A DNA stretch of 64,000 bases from Camelus ferus. Lineage: Eukaryota. The stretch lies in NCBI RefSeq assembly GCF_009834535.1, contig NC_045697.1, positions 83,578,001-83,642,000 on the forward strand, given 5' to 3'. The position numbers were made by a program, and so were the translations under genes. Positions within the stretch are counted from its first letter, which is position 1, and each line of letters begins with the position of its first letter. Under the pieces are notes generated by a model that was not told the origin of the DNA, did no database searches, and saw only the letters and a program-made list of their open reading frames with translations. Below, piece by piece: positions 1 through 14,584 of this stretch.

Positions 1-309
1 TATGCAGTAAGATTTCAGGTGTTCTCGCTGGTACTGAATGCAAATTTGGGGGTCAATTTCTGTTGCCTTTATCTACTAACTGTAACTCTCAGTGATTCAC
101 AGGCCAGAGCCACACGGCATTGGTTCAGAGTATTTAGACAGATCAGGGGAACGCAAGCCCGAGAAGGGACAGTGGGACAGAAGTCACAGAAACTCTGCTG
201 AAAAAAAAAAAGAATGGCCCAGTATTTTCATAACTTCCACATTATAGTTGACTTAAGTAGAATCATAGCTTATTTTAAAATGGAAGCAGGGCAGTGATGA
301 CAACAATAA

Positions 310-560
310 GAAACAACATCCACTGAATGTGTATTATGTTTCAGGAACTGCATTCAATGCTTTCCATGTATTATATGATTTAATTTCCTCTGAACACCTT
401 GGAGGTAAGTACTCATATGATTAGCATTTGAGAGACCATGACATGAGGCTTAGAGGTCATAAATCATTCTCCAAAGCCACACAGGTGGTAAATGCAAGAC
501 TGAAATGGCCAGATAGGTTTAACTCCAGAAGCAGGGTTTTTCTGCCACTGGGTCACACTG
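310..560 (-). mobile_element. MIR-type SINE relic
   Basis: Degenerate MIR-like text (catgaggcttagagg...aagccacacaggtggtaaatg...aactccagaagc); boundaries approximate. Confidence 0.55.
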
Positions 561-2021
561 TGCCCATACGTGAATAAAAGAGGAGACTAAAAAATCTCAG
601 TATTTCTTTAGTATTAAAAGCTAAAAATAAAAACAAAAATTGGATATATGTTGGTTTGCAAATATTTGGGAATATTTCAAAATAAGGGAAATGTGTCTGC
701 TGTGCTGAACCGTCCTTTTCTTACACGGTGTTCTAAAGACATAGGTGACCACTAACAGGCATTCAAAACTACCTTGAGCTTTCTACCAGCACAATTCCTC
801 ACAAACTTGGAGATACTTGACTTTTATAATGTAGTTCCTGTTACTGTGAATTTCATCCTGGCTTCATCCTTTACCCTTTTAAAAACTATTAACCTGCAAT
901 TGTTCATTATTTTTCTCTAAATTTCTGTGATTGAAATTCGTTTTCTTTCAATTGGTCCATTATCACTGCACCCCTATTCTTAAACCACTTCCGATAAATA
1001 CTTCACTGACTTTTCTCACAGAAAGTATGTGTTGTTAAGTAATTTGCTTTAGTTTGAGTTTTTAAAAACAAAGGGGGAAAAGCAATGAGATATTTCCATT
1101 GACTTTATAGCAAAATTCTAAATGATATAGCAATAACTGCCTAGTTGTGGTCATTTCTACAAAGATGCAAATAAAATGAAGAACATGAAATGCTCCTCTC
1201 ATCCTTCAGAAACACAGGTATAATCCACTCTACCTGTAATACCACCACAGCAGCTCCCTTTCCAGCATCCTCAACTCCAGCTGACTGAACTGAGTTTTGA
1301 AAGATGAAGAGTTCACAAGACGAAAGGGGCATTCCAACTGGGTAGACAACGTACACAATGGACAGCAAAGCTGTGAAGGGAATCATTGGGGGTGGGGAAG
1401 ATGAACACTGATAGGAGATAAGCTATGTTAGGTAGGTTGAAGTCAAATTTTGAGAGCCTCTTATGCCATATAGAAGGAGTCTGACAGTCACTTAGGTAAT
1501 GGCAAACCATTGGCAACCCATTTTCCTCCTGTGTTCAGGTGCTCATATATGTCCTTCAGCTCCTGTCATTAGTTACACTGAAAAACAAAGCCATGCCTTC
1601 TCCACTTCTTCCATATCCATCTGTAGCATATTTCTACAATTCAGGCATTTAGCAGCCCATTACTATGGTTCTCTGTATGTGAAATTGCACTTTGGCATGA
1701 AGAAAAACCATGAGTATTTCAAAGGAAGTCTGTTTGGGTGGAAATTTCGAAGACTATAAAGCAACTTGAAAAATACAGATAGAAAAATAAAGTATCATTC
1801 AGGAGGAAAAAATGCACGTCTACTACTGAAGCCATGAGTGTTCTTTTAATAAAAGATAGTTCATCTTTTCTGCAAACAGACTATCAGGATTAATGGACCA
1901 TCTCAAACGAAGAGAAATGATTACAATTATACAAAGTTGTCCCAAGCTCCCTCCAAAATTGTCCAGAGATTTTATTTTTGGAATTTCCAGCCCTGATTAG
2001 GACCAAGTAAACAGAAGAAAG

Positions 2022-2023
<2 letters not shown>

Positions 2024-2075
<52 letters not shown>

Positions 2076-2076
2076 A
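2024..2076. repeat. (TG)n microsatellite with one interruption
   Basis: Visible gtgtgt run of about 26 units with one tt interruption. Confidence 0.95.
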
Positions 2077-2667
2077 ATTTTGAAACTATTTTTTTAAATT
2101 AGACTCATTTTATGTGTTAAAGCTGCTGGACTTCAAATCAACTAAATTTCCAGATTGTTTGGCTCTTTCAATACCTTCTACTTTCACTGTAACTAGGGCT
2201 TTGACTTCAAATAAATTTGTTCTATAACATTTGACCACATTTCTTAATCAAAAGTGTGTGCTCCTATCGAGACAGGGTACATTGTCTCTTACTGGCCCCC
2301 TAGCTGAGGGACCAACAGAAATGCGACAAACTTGGTAGAAACTGGGCTACAGGCAAAATAAAATCCTGTTAGCAAGTCTAACGAATTCAGAATGAGTTCT
2401 GCCCCTCTAATAAATATTAGTTTTATAAGTGCTGAGTGCTGTTTGTAGCAAGCGTTTGCCATTTAACTTAACCGAAATTGAGAGACTAGAAAAACAGGTG
2501 GCTGGGACAAGATGCACTGAATGCAGCCTCTTTCACATTATTCATTAAAATCACTAGTCCTTCCCACCACTTCTAAAACAATAAATGTATCACCAGCAAG
2601 ACTGGTGGAATGGCTATCCAGCTTCGCCAAGTCTAGAGGTCTTAATATTTATCACTTTAATTTTACC

Positions 2668-2704
<37 letters not shown>
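2668..2704. repeat. (AGAT)n tetranucleotide microsatellite, about 9 units
   Basis: agatagatagat... seen directly. Confidence 0.95.
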
Positions 2705-2705
<1 letters not shown>

Positions 2706-2775
2706 ACTGACTCACTATGCTACACAGCAGAAATTAACACAATATTGTAAACTGAGTATATTTCAATTTTTAAAA
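2705..2775 (+). mobile_element. L1 extreme 3' end fragment
   Basis: aactgactcactatgctacacagcagaaattaacacaatattgtaaactgagtatatttcaat matches the 3' termini of other L1 copies in this window (e.g. about 38850-38915, 60500-60560). Confidence 0.8.
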
Positions 2776-2789
2776 GACTAAAAGATTAG

Positions 2790-3172
2790 TGCTTTAGGCA
2801 AAGTGACATCAACCTAACCTCTGGGGAAGGAGGCTGGAAATTGAGTTCAACCATATGGGCAACAATTCAACTAATCATGGTTCTGTAATGAAGCCTCAAT
2901 AAAAATTCAAGACACTGACGCTCAGGTGAGCTACCTAGTTGACAATTGTCTTATTTTGTTTGTTGTTTTTTTATTGATGTATAGTCGACAATTGTCTTTT
3001 TGAGTATTGTCACACCTTATGTGTAGCCAGGAGGAGGTAATATCTGGACTCCAGGGAGAGAGGACAAAAAGAAGCTTCACCTATGGGACTTTCCAGATCT
3101 TGCCCTATGTGTATCTTCCTTTGGCTGGTTCTAATTTGTATCTTTTTGCTATAAAAAAACTATCATCATAAG
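2790..3172 (+). mobile_element. MER21-like (ERVL) LTR fragment
   Basis: ggctggaaattgagttcaacc...gtaatgaagcctcaataaaaa...gccctatgtgtatcttcctttggctggttc resembles the recalled MER21C; ends about 50 nt before the exon at 3221. Confidence 0.65.
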
Positions 3173-3220
3173 TTAAAAAAAAATCTTACCACATTCTAAC
3201 TAACACTTGCTTGGTCTTAG

Positions 3221-3427
<207 letters not shown>

Positions 3428-3511
3428 TAAGGTACAACTAATTCTGCCAGATTTATACTCTTCATTGGAAGAAAGAACAAAAGAGAAGAGCAAAATATCA
3501 AAAGCATAATA

Positions 3512-3587
3512 GGGGGCTGGGTATAGCTCAGTGGTAGAGCACATGCTTAGCATGCACAAGGACCTGGATTCAATCCCCAGTGCCTCA
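3512..3587 (+). mobile_element. tRNA-Ala(AGC)-derived SINE head, tailless
   Basis: gggtatagctcagtggtagagcacatgcttagcatgcacaaggacctggattcaatccccagtgcctc; A box intact, AGC at the anticodon position, CpG-decayed; homologous to three other copies in the window. Confidence 0.85.
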
Positions 3588-6500
3588 GTCCCCAGCATTA
3601 AGAAAAGCTCCATACAAGCAGGAAACATATTTTTATCTAAGCAAAGGATGTTTTAATTAAAGGAGCTTCTTTTCAGTTCTTCAAATATAACTTTAAAATG
3701 TTTTTTCCTGACACTACTGCTATAAAGCAGACACTGATATCAAAATACTAAGGAAACATTACATCTAAGTTGCGGATAATTTATAGAAGCCATCATTTCT
3801 TGAAAAGGTTATTCAGCAAGTAAAACTAACTCCATCTCTCTCTGTATTAACTGTGCCACTCTTTTACAAGCCAAACCACGTCCTTCCCTTTATCATGTCA
3901 GACCAAAAAGAAACTCAGCTATTTACAGCAAGAAGCCACATGTCCTCCATAATCATTAACAGATCAGAATACAGAGTACAAATGAGAGGGGGTGTTAATT
4001 AAGTCATTTATATACACTGTCAAATTCTCTCCAAAGCTTCTCTATTTTGTGTTGTGTTTCTACACTGGTGACAAATGTATAGTGTCAAGATATATTACTC
4101 CCTAATACTTTGTGAGACCTCGCAAAGTAAGTAATTAAATCCCACTTTTCCCCAACTCAGAAAATCCAAAGAGAACTGGTGAAGTTAGGAGTGGGCCTTC
4201 TGATTTAGACGCACGGGGAAGGAGCGCCATGCAGAACACTACATGTTCAGGCCCTATAACTTTGTCAAACTGTGTTTGAACAGATGTCTACTCTTAAAAT
4301 TAGGTGTAACTGATTTCTTTTCAGACAGTTTTCCTAGATCTGCAAAAATTCCAGATTGGATAATGACATTTAACTTGGATCAACTTCCATCTTAACTTTC
4401 CCCTCAATAAAACCTGTTGTAAATGCTCAATGTGGACATAATGGCCACATTTCATCGCAGTCTGCCATTCCCCTTTACTGAAAATGAACTCACTGTGCCT
4501 CCAGCTGCCAGTCTTTTTGACCTGGGTTGTATTATAATGTAAAAGCAGACCAATACTTGCCTGCCATTTTTAAATCACATGCAGTCATAGTAGAACAGTA
4601 AACTTAAGTCTTCAAGGACTTTATTGAATGGTATTCTCTTTTATTTCTGTTTCTTCTTGTACTGCCAGGGGACTTGCTTGGATATGTCACATGAGATATG
4701 TTTATTTTGGTCTCTCCTGAAAACATGTTTAACCTGTACTGTAAATGCATGAATCTTGCAGTAATAGGGGCTCTAACAGAGTTCCTGCTTTGATGGAACT
4801 GTCCCTGTGGTTTCTTTTGTGCAACAATCCATGGAAACTCTTATGGCTTTGTGAGCCCTTGGATGAGAATTTCCAAGTGGGGGATGTTCAGCAGGCAGTT
4901 GGTTGTGCAGTTAGAGAGAGAGGACAGGGCTTGGAGTCATCCAAGTAGAGCTGTAAGTTGAGAGGACAATAGCCAATATGCCCTCCTGGGGAGAGACTGC
5001 CAAGAAAAAAGAGCAGGGAACTGAGGAGTGAACCTTACCTGGATCACACCCATATTCTATTGTATGAGAGGAGGGAAACTGTGCTTTTTTATGATCTATT
5101 CACAAATCAAACTCATAATGCCTTGAATGAAACTTACTATCTTCCCTTTCCACCAGCTTACGCCATCTTACTGTCCCTAATTCAGCTCTGCCATTTGAAC
5201 ATCACACTGACTGGATCCTTCCGATCAGTCTGTACAGTCCATTAATAATTCCTTTATAATACAGATTTTATTTCCTTCCTTTCCCACAGCCTAATTTACT
5301 GCCCTGACTTCCATGTGTAGACTGTGTTCTGACTTTGCAGCGTCTCCCCACCCCTCACTGCAGTCCATCGTGTACACAGTGCCAACCTTTTAATCCTTCT
5401 AAAATGCTGCCTTCATCTTGGCCTTCCTAACCTCATTCCTTCTAGTTCTTTCCATACCCTTTAAAAGCTCTTCAGGGACCTGAAAACAATTTAAACTAAG
5501 TCTATCTTTCTATTTCTTATTTTCCTATAGCTCACACAGATTCACTCCAGCCACAGAGGTCCACAACAACATTGCTGTGTCCAGGACTTTGTCATTCTTT
5601 CCACCTTGAAAGACTTTCTGACCACTCTCTACCTATTCCTATTCCCTTTGTTCCTCAATGTCAAGTCCCATAACTTACAGAATTTACTGTAAAGCACCTT
5701 GGCATATGTATAGCAGCTCAGTACCTAAGTCAGGCCTACACTGATCTCCTCCCAATTCCTGTAACACATCATCTTGTAACATTAGGAACATAAAAACTTA
5801 CAAGATTTCAAGGTGTTTGTGCCCTAACCAGAGTCTCTGAGGCTTCTGTCCTAGTGCATTGTCTACTGGGTAAGTTTTATCCTCACTCAATAAGGAACTG
5901 ATGGAAAACCAGCACTCTCTTTCCTACCCGCTGGTTGTTAAATGTGACTGTGGAGAGAGCCAGAGACCTTTACGCAATTAAACTACAGATCCTGATTATC
6001 TGCTTACTCTTTCTAACAGAGATGCCTATTGATAGAGACTCCCATTAATCCTGCTGGCAGCCTCCTACGTGATCTTTACTGGGGACATTTATTGGCAGTT
6101 ATCCCAGATTTAGGCCTTAGGTAACAGGATATTGGCTTGAAGTCCCATTGGCCAAGATTCTTGTTGGCTATGGCTTTCATAACCATCTCCTAGTTATTGT
6201 CAGCAGCTATAAGGCTTCCAGGGGCTCATCAATGGCCCAGAGTTTGAATATGATAGTGTTACACTCCCAGAAACAATTCTAGAAAGCAGTTCCCAACAGA
6301 ATGCCTAAAACCCTCCTATTCCTTCTCTACACAGGAGAGCTGTTTCAAGGAACATGTTTGGTGTCCTGTAGCATTGTGTGTAGGGAGCAAGGCAATGGGC
6401 ATGACCCTCTTACACTCAGATTATCTCCTCAGCTTCCTTTGGTGGTCCACTGACCATCCTAGGGCTCACAGTGACTCTCACCCTCTCCGCAAGGGTGATC

Positions 6501-8396
6501 CTCCCCAGAGTTGCAGGGTGCAGCCTGGCACTTTCTCTTCCCTCAAAAATAATTTGAGAAGTACACAAAACTCACATTTCTTTTCATTTCTCTCTCTCTT
6601 TTGCATAGAATCATCTAGGCAATCAAATCCCAAAGATGGCTCTGTATGTTGCCATAGTTTTTCAAGCATGAATACTCAGATGGAATCTTAAAAGCAATTC
6701 AGAATCACGTACTTTCAGAATGTAAACTTGGCATTTAATTACATGTGGGCATCTCATTATGTGGCTTTGACATATTTCTCTTTACCCTAACATACCTTAA
6801 CTCCTTCAAAAATAGAAAGGATATATCTTTGTGTTCTCCCACATGGACTTGCATAGAGTTTAGAAAAAGTATTTGTTAAATAAATGAGTAAGTGCTATAT
6901 AAAATTTAATTTAGAAAATTACATTTCCATGAATTGTTAAGGAATATATTTGATTCAGCTAGGATACCTTTGCACTTTATTCTTTTTTGTCATTGATTTT
7001 GTGCATAACACTATGAAACTGTGTAGTGCTTTAAAATGTAAACATCATCAGAGCTAATAGTCTGCAATTAAACTGAAGTTGTTTTAACTATTTCATCAAG
7101 ATAAAATAGCTTCTAGAGGTATAACTTTAGTCAGTTTACCAAAATAAATAGGATATATAAAGTTTTGAATTACACAGCAATATATATAATGTACTGATTG
7201 AGCTGAGAAGTATGTTTTCTAGGAAATTTTTCCAAGGACTAGATTGAAATTTATTATAATATATATTCAAATAAAAGAAAAAGAACTAGTATATGTATAG
7301 AGGGTCACAAGGCATGAGGAGTCCAATACAGGTACTATTTCTAAAGCACTTACTGAACCAAATATGCTTTAAAATCAAGACCGAAAACATGAAGATCAAT
7401 TTGCTCAGGATAATAAGCAGAAGACCCACCTGGGTAAGGTTCTGTAAAACTTGTATCTCTCCAAAGTATACTCATTAATTTTCTGCTACTTCAAGTATAT
7501 AATGACAAGTGCATATCTTAAAGAAATCATTCTATAAAATCTAGCTCGAGAGTGGACCATCTTGCACAGCTTTTGTTCACACCTTCTTTTATAATTGTAC
7601 TGATATTTAACCAGGAAAGCTGTAAGAATTTGAAAAAATGTCCTTATCACAAATATGGATAATTGAAGCAAATAATGGCTTTCACATACAAAGGATGAAG
7701 AGAAGTCTTTTTACAAAGTGATCTTTTATCATTTTGTTTGTGACTCTTTATAAAAATTACTAATCAAATGCATAATGTCTTTCATACTTCTGGAACTGGC
7801 ATGCTTCAGACTTAGAATTTAGGGCAATTACTACAGCCTGCAGTAGTTCTTTCAGACTAGAGCAGAAACTATGATTTGTGTCGCAAATATTTGTTCTAAT
7901 TTAAAATGCCATTTCCTAAGAATCACATTAGGTTAATAATTGACTTCATTTTCTAATGCACATGTAGAACTTGATAGAAGTGACATCCTTAAAATTTTTG
8001 CCTATCAGAATTACAGTGTAACATAGGCAATTCCAATATTTTTAAAGTCTCCTTTTTACTTCCCTTTTGTTTTATTTCTTAAGATTCTGGAACATACGAG
8101 ACTTCATAACAGAAGTACTGACTTGGAGGTTTAAAATAGATAAATGGCTAAAATAATTCAAAGTCCTTTTTAGTTTTAACATATTTCTTCAACTCAATCT
8201 TCAATATTCCAGCTATACTTGATGTCAGCCCCACCTTCCCAGATTCTGAAAGATTTTCGGGATATTCGTTAAGAGTTGAATAATGATAGCAGCCTGTCAT
8301 AATCTTCCATGAGAAAAAAAAAAAAAAAAAAGAAGCTAAGTTTCAACTTATTAGTTGGTTGAAAGGAACTTTTTCCTTACTTGTTCATTCTTTTAG

Positions 8397-8525
8397 GTTC
8401 TTCCAAGACAAACCTGTGGGCTTTTCACTCACACAATTTTCTACAAAGAATATCCAGGAGGTCCAAAAGAGCTGGATAAGAGTATCCAAGGAGGTGAACT
8501 TTTCTTCACTGTGGTCCTCAACCCA
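8397..8525 (+). CDS. NDST3: NDST3 internal exon, N-deacetylase domain (129 nt, phase 0-0)
   Basis: Acceptor ttcattcttttag|GTT, donor CCA|gtaagt; translates [43 protein letters not shown] (not in the ORF track). Confidence 0.96.
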
Positions 8526-11500
8526 GTAAGTACTTTGAGTTATTTTCCAAATAAATAATGAAGAATGACAGGGCAGATGACAAAGAGGCCAGGGTTTTGG
8601 TAGTTATCAGCCAAATCAATATGAAGTCTCAGTTCTAAGACGGCAGTAAAAACTAAGTGGAACCACATCTAGAAATGGGGGCAAACTAATTCTACAGGTG
8701 GTAATGACGTAAGAACTTACAGCAGAGCCAAGGAAGTGCTCCAGCAAACACTCTTCTGCATGTAAAGTGATCAAAATCAGAGATTCCTGCTTTTATGCAG
8801 AGTAAGATTTTACTATAAATCTATATTTAAATATAAACTATAAAACTCTCTTATCCTCAATGGGACTAGTTTTTTGGTTTTTTTTCCATTTAGGTAACCA
8901 TTACCTCTATTTTTTTTTTTTTTTCCTATTTAAACTAAAAGTAGACACAAAATGGGAGAGGAATTGGGTAAGCAAATATGGTAATTGTTGGTACATTCAC
9001 ATTAGCTCTTGTCTTGCTGGGTCCTTAGGCTAGGACAGAGCAGACTGTTTTAATGGGCCACTGTTCCTCCTTCCGATACCAATGTGCCAGCCCCAAAATG
9101 AACCATTTGTACTTATTCCTGCTTGAGGCAAGTATTATGAAGTTGTATAGAGAAAGAATTGATCAAAGTAAGATATATAAGGAAAAGAAGAGTTTTTTAT
9201 TTCCCTTCTGAAAACCACTGACATAAAAGTAAAGCTGTGTTTATTTACAGTAAATTTGTCCCTGACATTAGCAATATTCAAGACAAAAAAACTGTAATTT
9301 TCCAAATGTTGAAAAAAATTCTATCAGCATGAAAGTTGGATAAGATAGGGATAAAGAGAATAAAATTTGAAAGACCCCTCTCTTGACCTTAATTGTATAG
9401 GTTTTAGGGAAAATATTAAAGTATTTTTCATCATCTACTTGTATTCAATAACTATTTCTCAGTTCCTAGAAAATGAGGTAGAAGTAAGGGTAACTCATCT
9501 TTGGGCAAAATCAGCATATGTATTCAAAAATTAGGACAATGTGAGGTCGTGTGACATTTGGCCTTTTGGAAGTTTATCAACCTTCATACCTCCAAAATAT
9601 AAATAATTCTGATTTATATGTCAGAAATAATCTGATTCTTCTAACTTCCTATTCTTTACAAAGAATAGATACCTTTGGAATTATCTTATATGGCTTTCTT
9701 TTTCTCTATTTTCTCAATTCAGCCAGTAATATATAGGCAAAAGAGTTAAACCAATGCCTAATTATGAACTGAAAATTCAGTTAAAATATTTTAAATATGC
9801 TAACATTTTCACCAATAATTTTAAGACTCCTTTACTCCATAATCTGTAAAATTCTGATGTTTTATATTTCCTTTCATCATAGAGCAATAGGACTATGAAC
9901 AGGTAATAATCTGCGTTGGCACTTAACAAATTCCTGGTTGTATTGTAGTTTCAGAACTTTCTAAACCAAATTAGTTTTATTTAACATGGAAGAAATTCAA
10001 AATTAGATCATTCATGTTCAATAGATTTACAATAAATATTATAGTTTTACTAATTAAAAAGCAAATCCTTTTCTTAATTGAAAAAAATTCTTGTAATAAA
10101 GCTTATTTATGTTAATCTTGAACACTAATTTGGACTAAACTAACTGAACAAACTCTTTAAATGTTTAGCAGACCTTGCTACTTTTCAGGACTTTATCAAT
10201 CATATTTGGCAATTTTGTTTGTCTTACTGAGGGGATCTACAAGGAATAAAGGGGAAAAGAATTTCTCCACAAAAATTGTTCTTTCCTGATTCAGGAAACT
10301 TTCATTAGGTAATTATTTTCAGATAAACACTGATATTCAAAATAAATGACACATCTTGTCAGACACCATAAAATATGCAAGGAATCCAAATCAACTTCAC
10401 CTGATATGCCAACTCCAATTTTGGGAAGCAGCTGTACTTCCCTAGAGATTTATGGTTAAGCTCACTTCTAGACTCAGCTCAAGTTTTGCCCAAGGGAAGA
10501 CTGCTATCATTAGTTAGTGATGTTTGTCTTGCAGAACAGAGTGAGGAGTGGTGGCCTGTTTCCCATGAATTCTCCCTCCCAAAATGTTCTACTGTTACCA
10601 AAGTATTTTTCACTGCTAAAGAAGAAAGTGTCAGCCATGTAAATTTAACACAAAGAGTTACAAAGACAATGTTAGTGCTGCATAGGAGAGAGAAAACCTT
10701 GGCCTTCTCCAACTGAGCATTTCCAGAGTCACAAGCCTACACACCTCTGATGTGAGTTGGATGTAGAGATTTTGATTAACAGATTTTGAGGTTCAGGTGC
10801 ATTTGGGAGGTGGGCCCATCAGACTATCTGAGCCTGGGACCACGAAGAATTCAATTCTTCTAATTCTCTTTCTGATTCTAAACTTAACCAGCAACTTTCT
10901 GATTAGAGTTTGCTTATATAGGAATTATATAGATTTGTACTCACTGGCACAGTAATTTGCAATGCAATTTTATAAATCTTTCAGTTGGTGAATAGTTCCC
11001 ATGTAACCTGTTAACAAGGAGAGCACCCTCTAATTGTACATGTTTTAATATTTCAGTTCCTCTATAATTTCCTGTTCTCCATCTCTTTATTCATAAGTTT
11101 CAACTGGCTTTGCTAATTTGACTCTGCCCCTGAGAGGTGGACACTGTCTCAGTGTATCAAATCAGATTTTAGACCCCATCAGACTCTGAAGTGTTTGTTG
11201 ACTGATTCAGGAGGGTAATGAGAAATACCTTACAGATATACCAGGGTAGAGTGCTACTAGAACTATCCCAGAGTCACTGTTAGCTACAGACACACAAGCA
11301 CAACATTTCTACAAATCATGTACTACACCTACAAACAGTATTCTTGATCAATTTATAGTGCGTCAAGTATCCTCATATATACTTCGAAAAATGTGAGAAA
11401 AAGTCTACTTGACACACCTATATAAAATAATATGTAAGGGGGTACTAAGAACTGAAATATATGAAGATGACAAAAAAGACTCATTGACAATGACTGCTCC

Positions 11501-13439
11501 TGCCCTCAATAAATAGAACCTTATAAATTTATGACATATATACTTAGATTAAAAAACCACTAGTAAGAGTATACTGTCCATCTTAATATGAGTTTCCAGT
11601 TCCACCTATCTTAGGAAGATGTGATAATACTTAATTAGTGTGACAAATGGAATAGTTCTGAATTAGACATGATTGTTCCTCTTGTGGGAGCCATAAATAC
11701 TTTCTATTGCCTTGAAAAAAGATGGCCCCTTCCTGCTCCAGTATTCTTATTTCTAATTACAAAACGTTCTGAGTCCTTGCTTATGTTCTAGTTCAATAAA
11801 AAGACTGTAGGTATTGAGTCATTAACGACTGATATCTGTGGAACGCTTTGCTTTCCTCCAACATGCTTGATAATAAAGTCAGTGCTTCCTTTACTTAATA
11901 ATCCAGAAGAGTTGTGGATTGCCAGAAGATTCATATTCTTGTTACACTTACTTGGAAGTCAAGTGGAGAAATCCCTGACAATATAGCAATATTATACCTC
12001 CTTCATCAAACTGCTAAACACCCCATACAAACAGCAACTAATTCCCTTATGTTCATGTTTTATTGAATACTTTTTGTCTCTATGTTTCTCAATTTGATAC
12101 AGCATCCATCCACCATACTCTCCCTACCCTCCTACCCAGTTCCCTGAAAGCCAAATCTAAGTTGTGTTTCTCTAATCAAAGAGAAATCATAAACACAGTG
12201 AATATGATGAATGTTTTGAACTGGGAGTAACACATGAGAGAATTACAATAAAAATAAAACAACAAAATTCACACAAGAAGATATTAACCCACACTGAATT
12301 TTTTAAAAACCTATAATTTACATGTATAGGACTTAATATGTGCTTGTCTATAAAATCTATCTAACAGGAAACAATGTTATTTCCTAACAGGAAATTTTAT
12401 GTTTCTCTCTTTGCTTATTTTCTAATCCTGGAAAACACTTTAATAACAGAAAACCTTTTATTGAAAAATAAATGATCAACAAAAACAATTTTGAATAGTA
12501 GAAAAATAATTCCCGAGCATGCCTAATTACGAGTATTAAGTCTAGACTTAATGCGTCGGAACCTCCTGTGGACACTTTTGGGAATCTGCATACTTATCAT
12601 GACCTTTAGGTGATTTTTATGGTCAGGCAAATTTGGGAAATACTGCAGAAGAAAAAAATGGAGAAATAATTTTGGTAATCAGAGATTACCAAAAACTGCC
12701 ATGAAAATTGTGGGCCTATGATCAAGGTATGAGAATTGAAAATGAGCCCAAATGTGCAGTAGGATTTTTAAAAAAACAATGAGAATGAGTATCTTTCTTG
12801 GTGACCAGAGAACTCTAGTTTGATTGAGAGTTTAAAATAGAGGTAACTCCTATTTATCCTTTAAAACTTAGCTTAAGGGTCACCTTTCTCAGGAAACCAT
12901 CTCTACTCTGGTTTAGAAGCACCTCTTTGTGTTCCCACCACATCCTCTACAGACTTCTTCAAAATACTTACTACTCTGCGTTGTAAGTGCAGGTCTGCTA
13001 TTAGGCTGTTTGCTTCTTGTGGTAGAGAATGTGTCTTTTAACTCCAAAACCATCCCAGTGCCTCAACATGATGCCTTGTACCTAGTTTCTATTTGTCATA
13101 TATTAAGGAAGAGAAATTGACTTTTCTAATGACCTGGTACAAAAACAAAAAAATTAAAATAAAAACAACAGTAAATCTAAAAGGTAAGGAAATCTGGGTC
13201 CTGATGATTCTCAAATCAAAAGCATAAGTAAAGCCTGTATCATGAGTTGGATGCAGCTGAATTATGTATTGTTGTGTACTGTTCTGCACACATGCAGTTG
13301 TCTCTTCTGTACAGACTCTTGTTTTCATGGAGTTCATCTGGGTGAAGGACTGGAGAGTCCCTCCAGTCACCTCAGCTAATGCGAGTGTGGGATTCCAGAA
13401 GGCTGAACACTCAGGATCCATAGGATTTGAAGGGTTCTT

Positions 13440-13960
13440 CTGAGTCTAAAGCGGATTCAGGGTCCAAAAAATGATTTTGATCTTGCCTAAGTGCTTTAAT
13501 ACAAACACAACAGATGCTTTTCATGTGTCTGAGTATCTTGTTTTTCTACTACTAACTCCACACCCCATACTCTTTGTCTGCCTCAAAAGTGCTGCTTGTT
13601 TATGGCTTCTGCACCTTCATTAATTCACGTTACCCATGGCCCAATGTGACTGCATGAAACATTTTCCATATAAGATTCAGCTTCATTTCTAACTTGGGGC
13701 CTCATCCTCTTGTGGTGCCTCAGGTCAAATTCCCCAGCAAGGAAATCTGGCCCAGCTTACTTTTTTGAGTCAGCCAGTGTCAGTCAGGCCTGCTGTGAAA
13801 TGACTGTTCATGATTATGGACCCCCACAAGTCCCTCCAATCCCCATTCTAAACTATGACTAGCCAGTGGGCTCCCTGAGGACTGTTCTTTCAGCAAAATC
13901 TTGGAGGGGGCAGGAACTGTGACTACAGTCTCACCTGAATCTGGATATTGTGGGAAAAAC
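13440..13960. mobile_element. Old MaLR (MLT1J/K-like) LTR relic
   Basis: Resemblance only (gtcaaattccccagcaaggaaatctggcccagct...); family and bounds uncertain. Confidence 0.35.
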
Positions 13961-14555
13961 CAGTATGGTCTCAGCCAATTCCAGAGATTTGGGAGTAAGC
14001 TGAACCTCTCTGGAGAAGGCCTAAAGCTTAATTATGAAGCTTGTAATGTTCAAGTAAGTAGCTCTTTTAGGTAGGACCAATTCATTACATTCATCATTTT
14101 ATTATCTGTCTTGCTTTTAGGATGCAAGTTCCAAGATGGCATGTACATCTTGTGTTTTGTTTTCTCTTATCCTCAGACTAGGAAAAGTTCCTGGCATGTA
14201 GTATGTGCTTAAAAAAAAAATTTCATAAGTGAATGAATGAACTTAAATATCCAACAACAGGGGTGGGGGTACTAGAAGAGCAAATTATGCCCCCGCCATA
14301 GTGGAATACATTCAGACATTTTAAAACATATCGTTTAATAATTTTTAATGACATAGGTAAATATTCAGATATGTTCACTGAAAAAAGTAAGTTACTAGAA
14401 AATTAGATATGAACATAGAAACAAACTAGAAGGAATGCAACACAACGTTAGCAATGGTTGCCCTAGATCACAGGATTAAAGATGGTTTTCATTGTCTTCT
14501 TTTGTCTGATTTTTGTAAAATGTCTACATTGAACATCAATTACTATTAAAACCAG

Positions 14556-14584
14556 CGCACACGCACACAAACACACACACACAC
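14556..14584. repeat. Imperfect (CA)n microsatellite
   Basis: gcgcacacgcacacaaacacacacacacac. Confidence 0.8.

Noticed and set aside
3517..3587. Possible functional tRNA-Ala(AGC) gene
   Set aside because: The acceptor stem and B box are disrupted, CpGs have decayed, there is no adjacent oligo-T terminator, and homologous SINE copies exist in the window.
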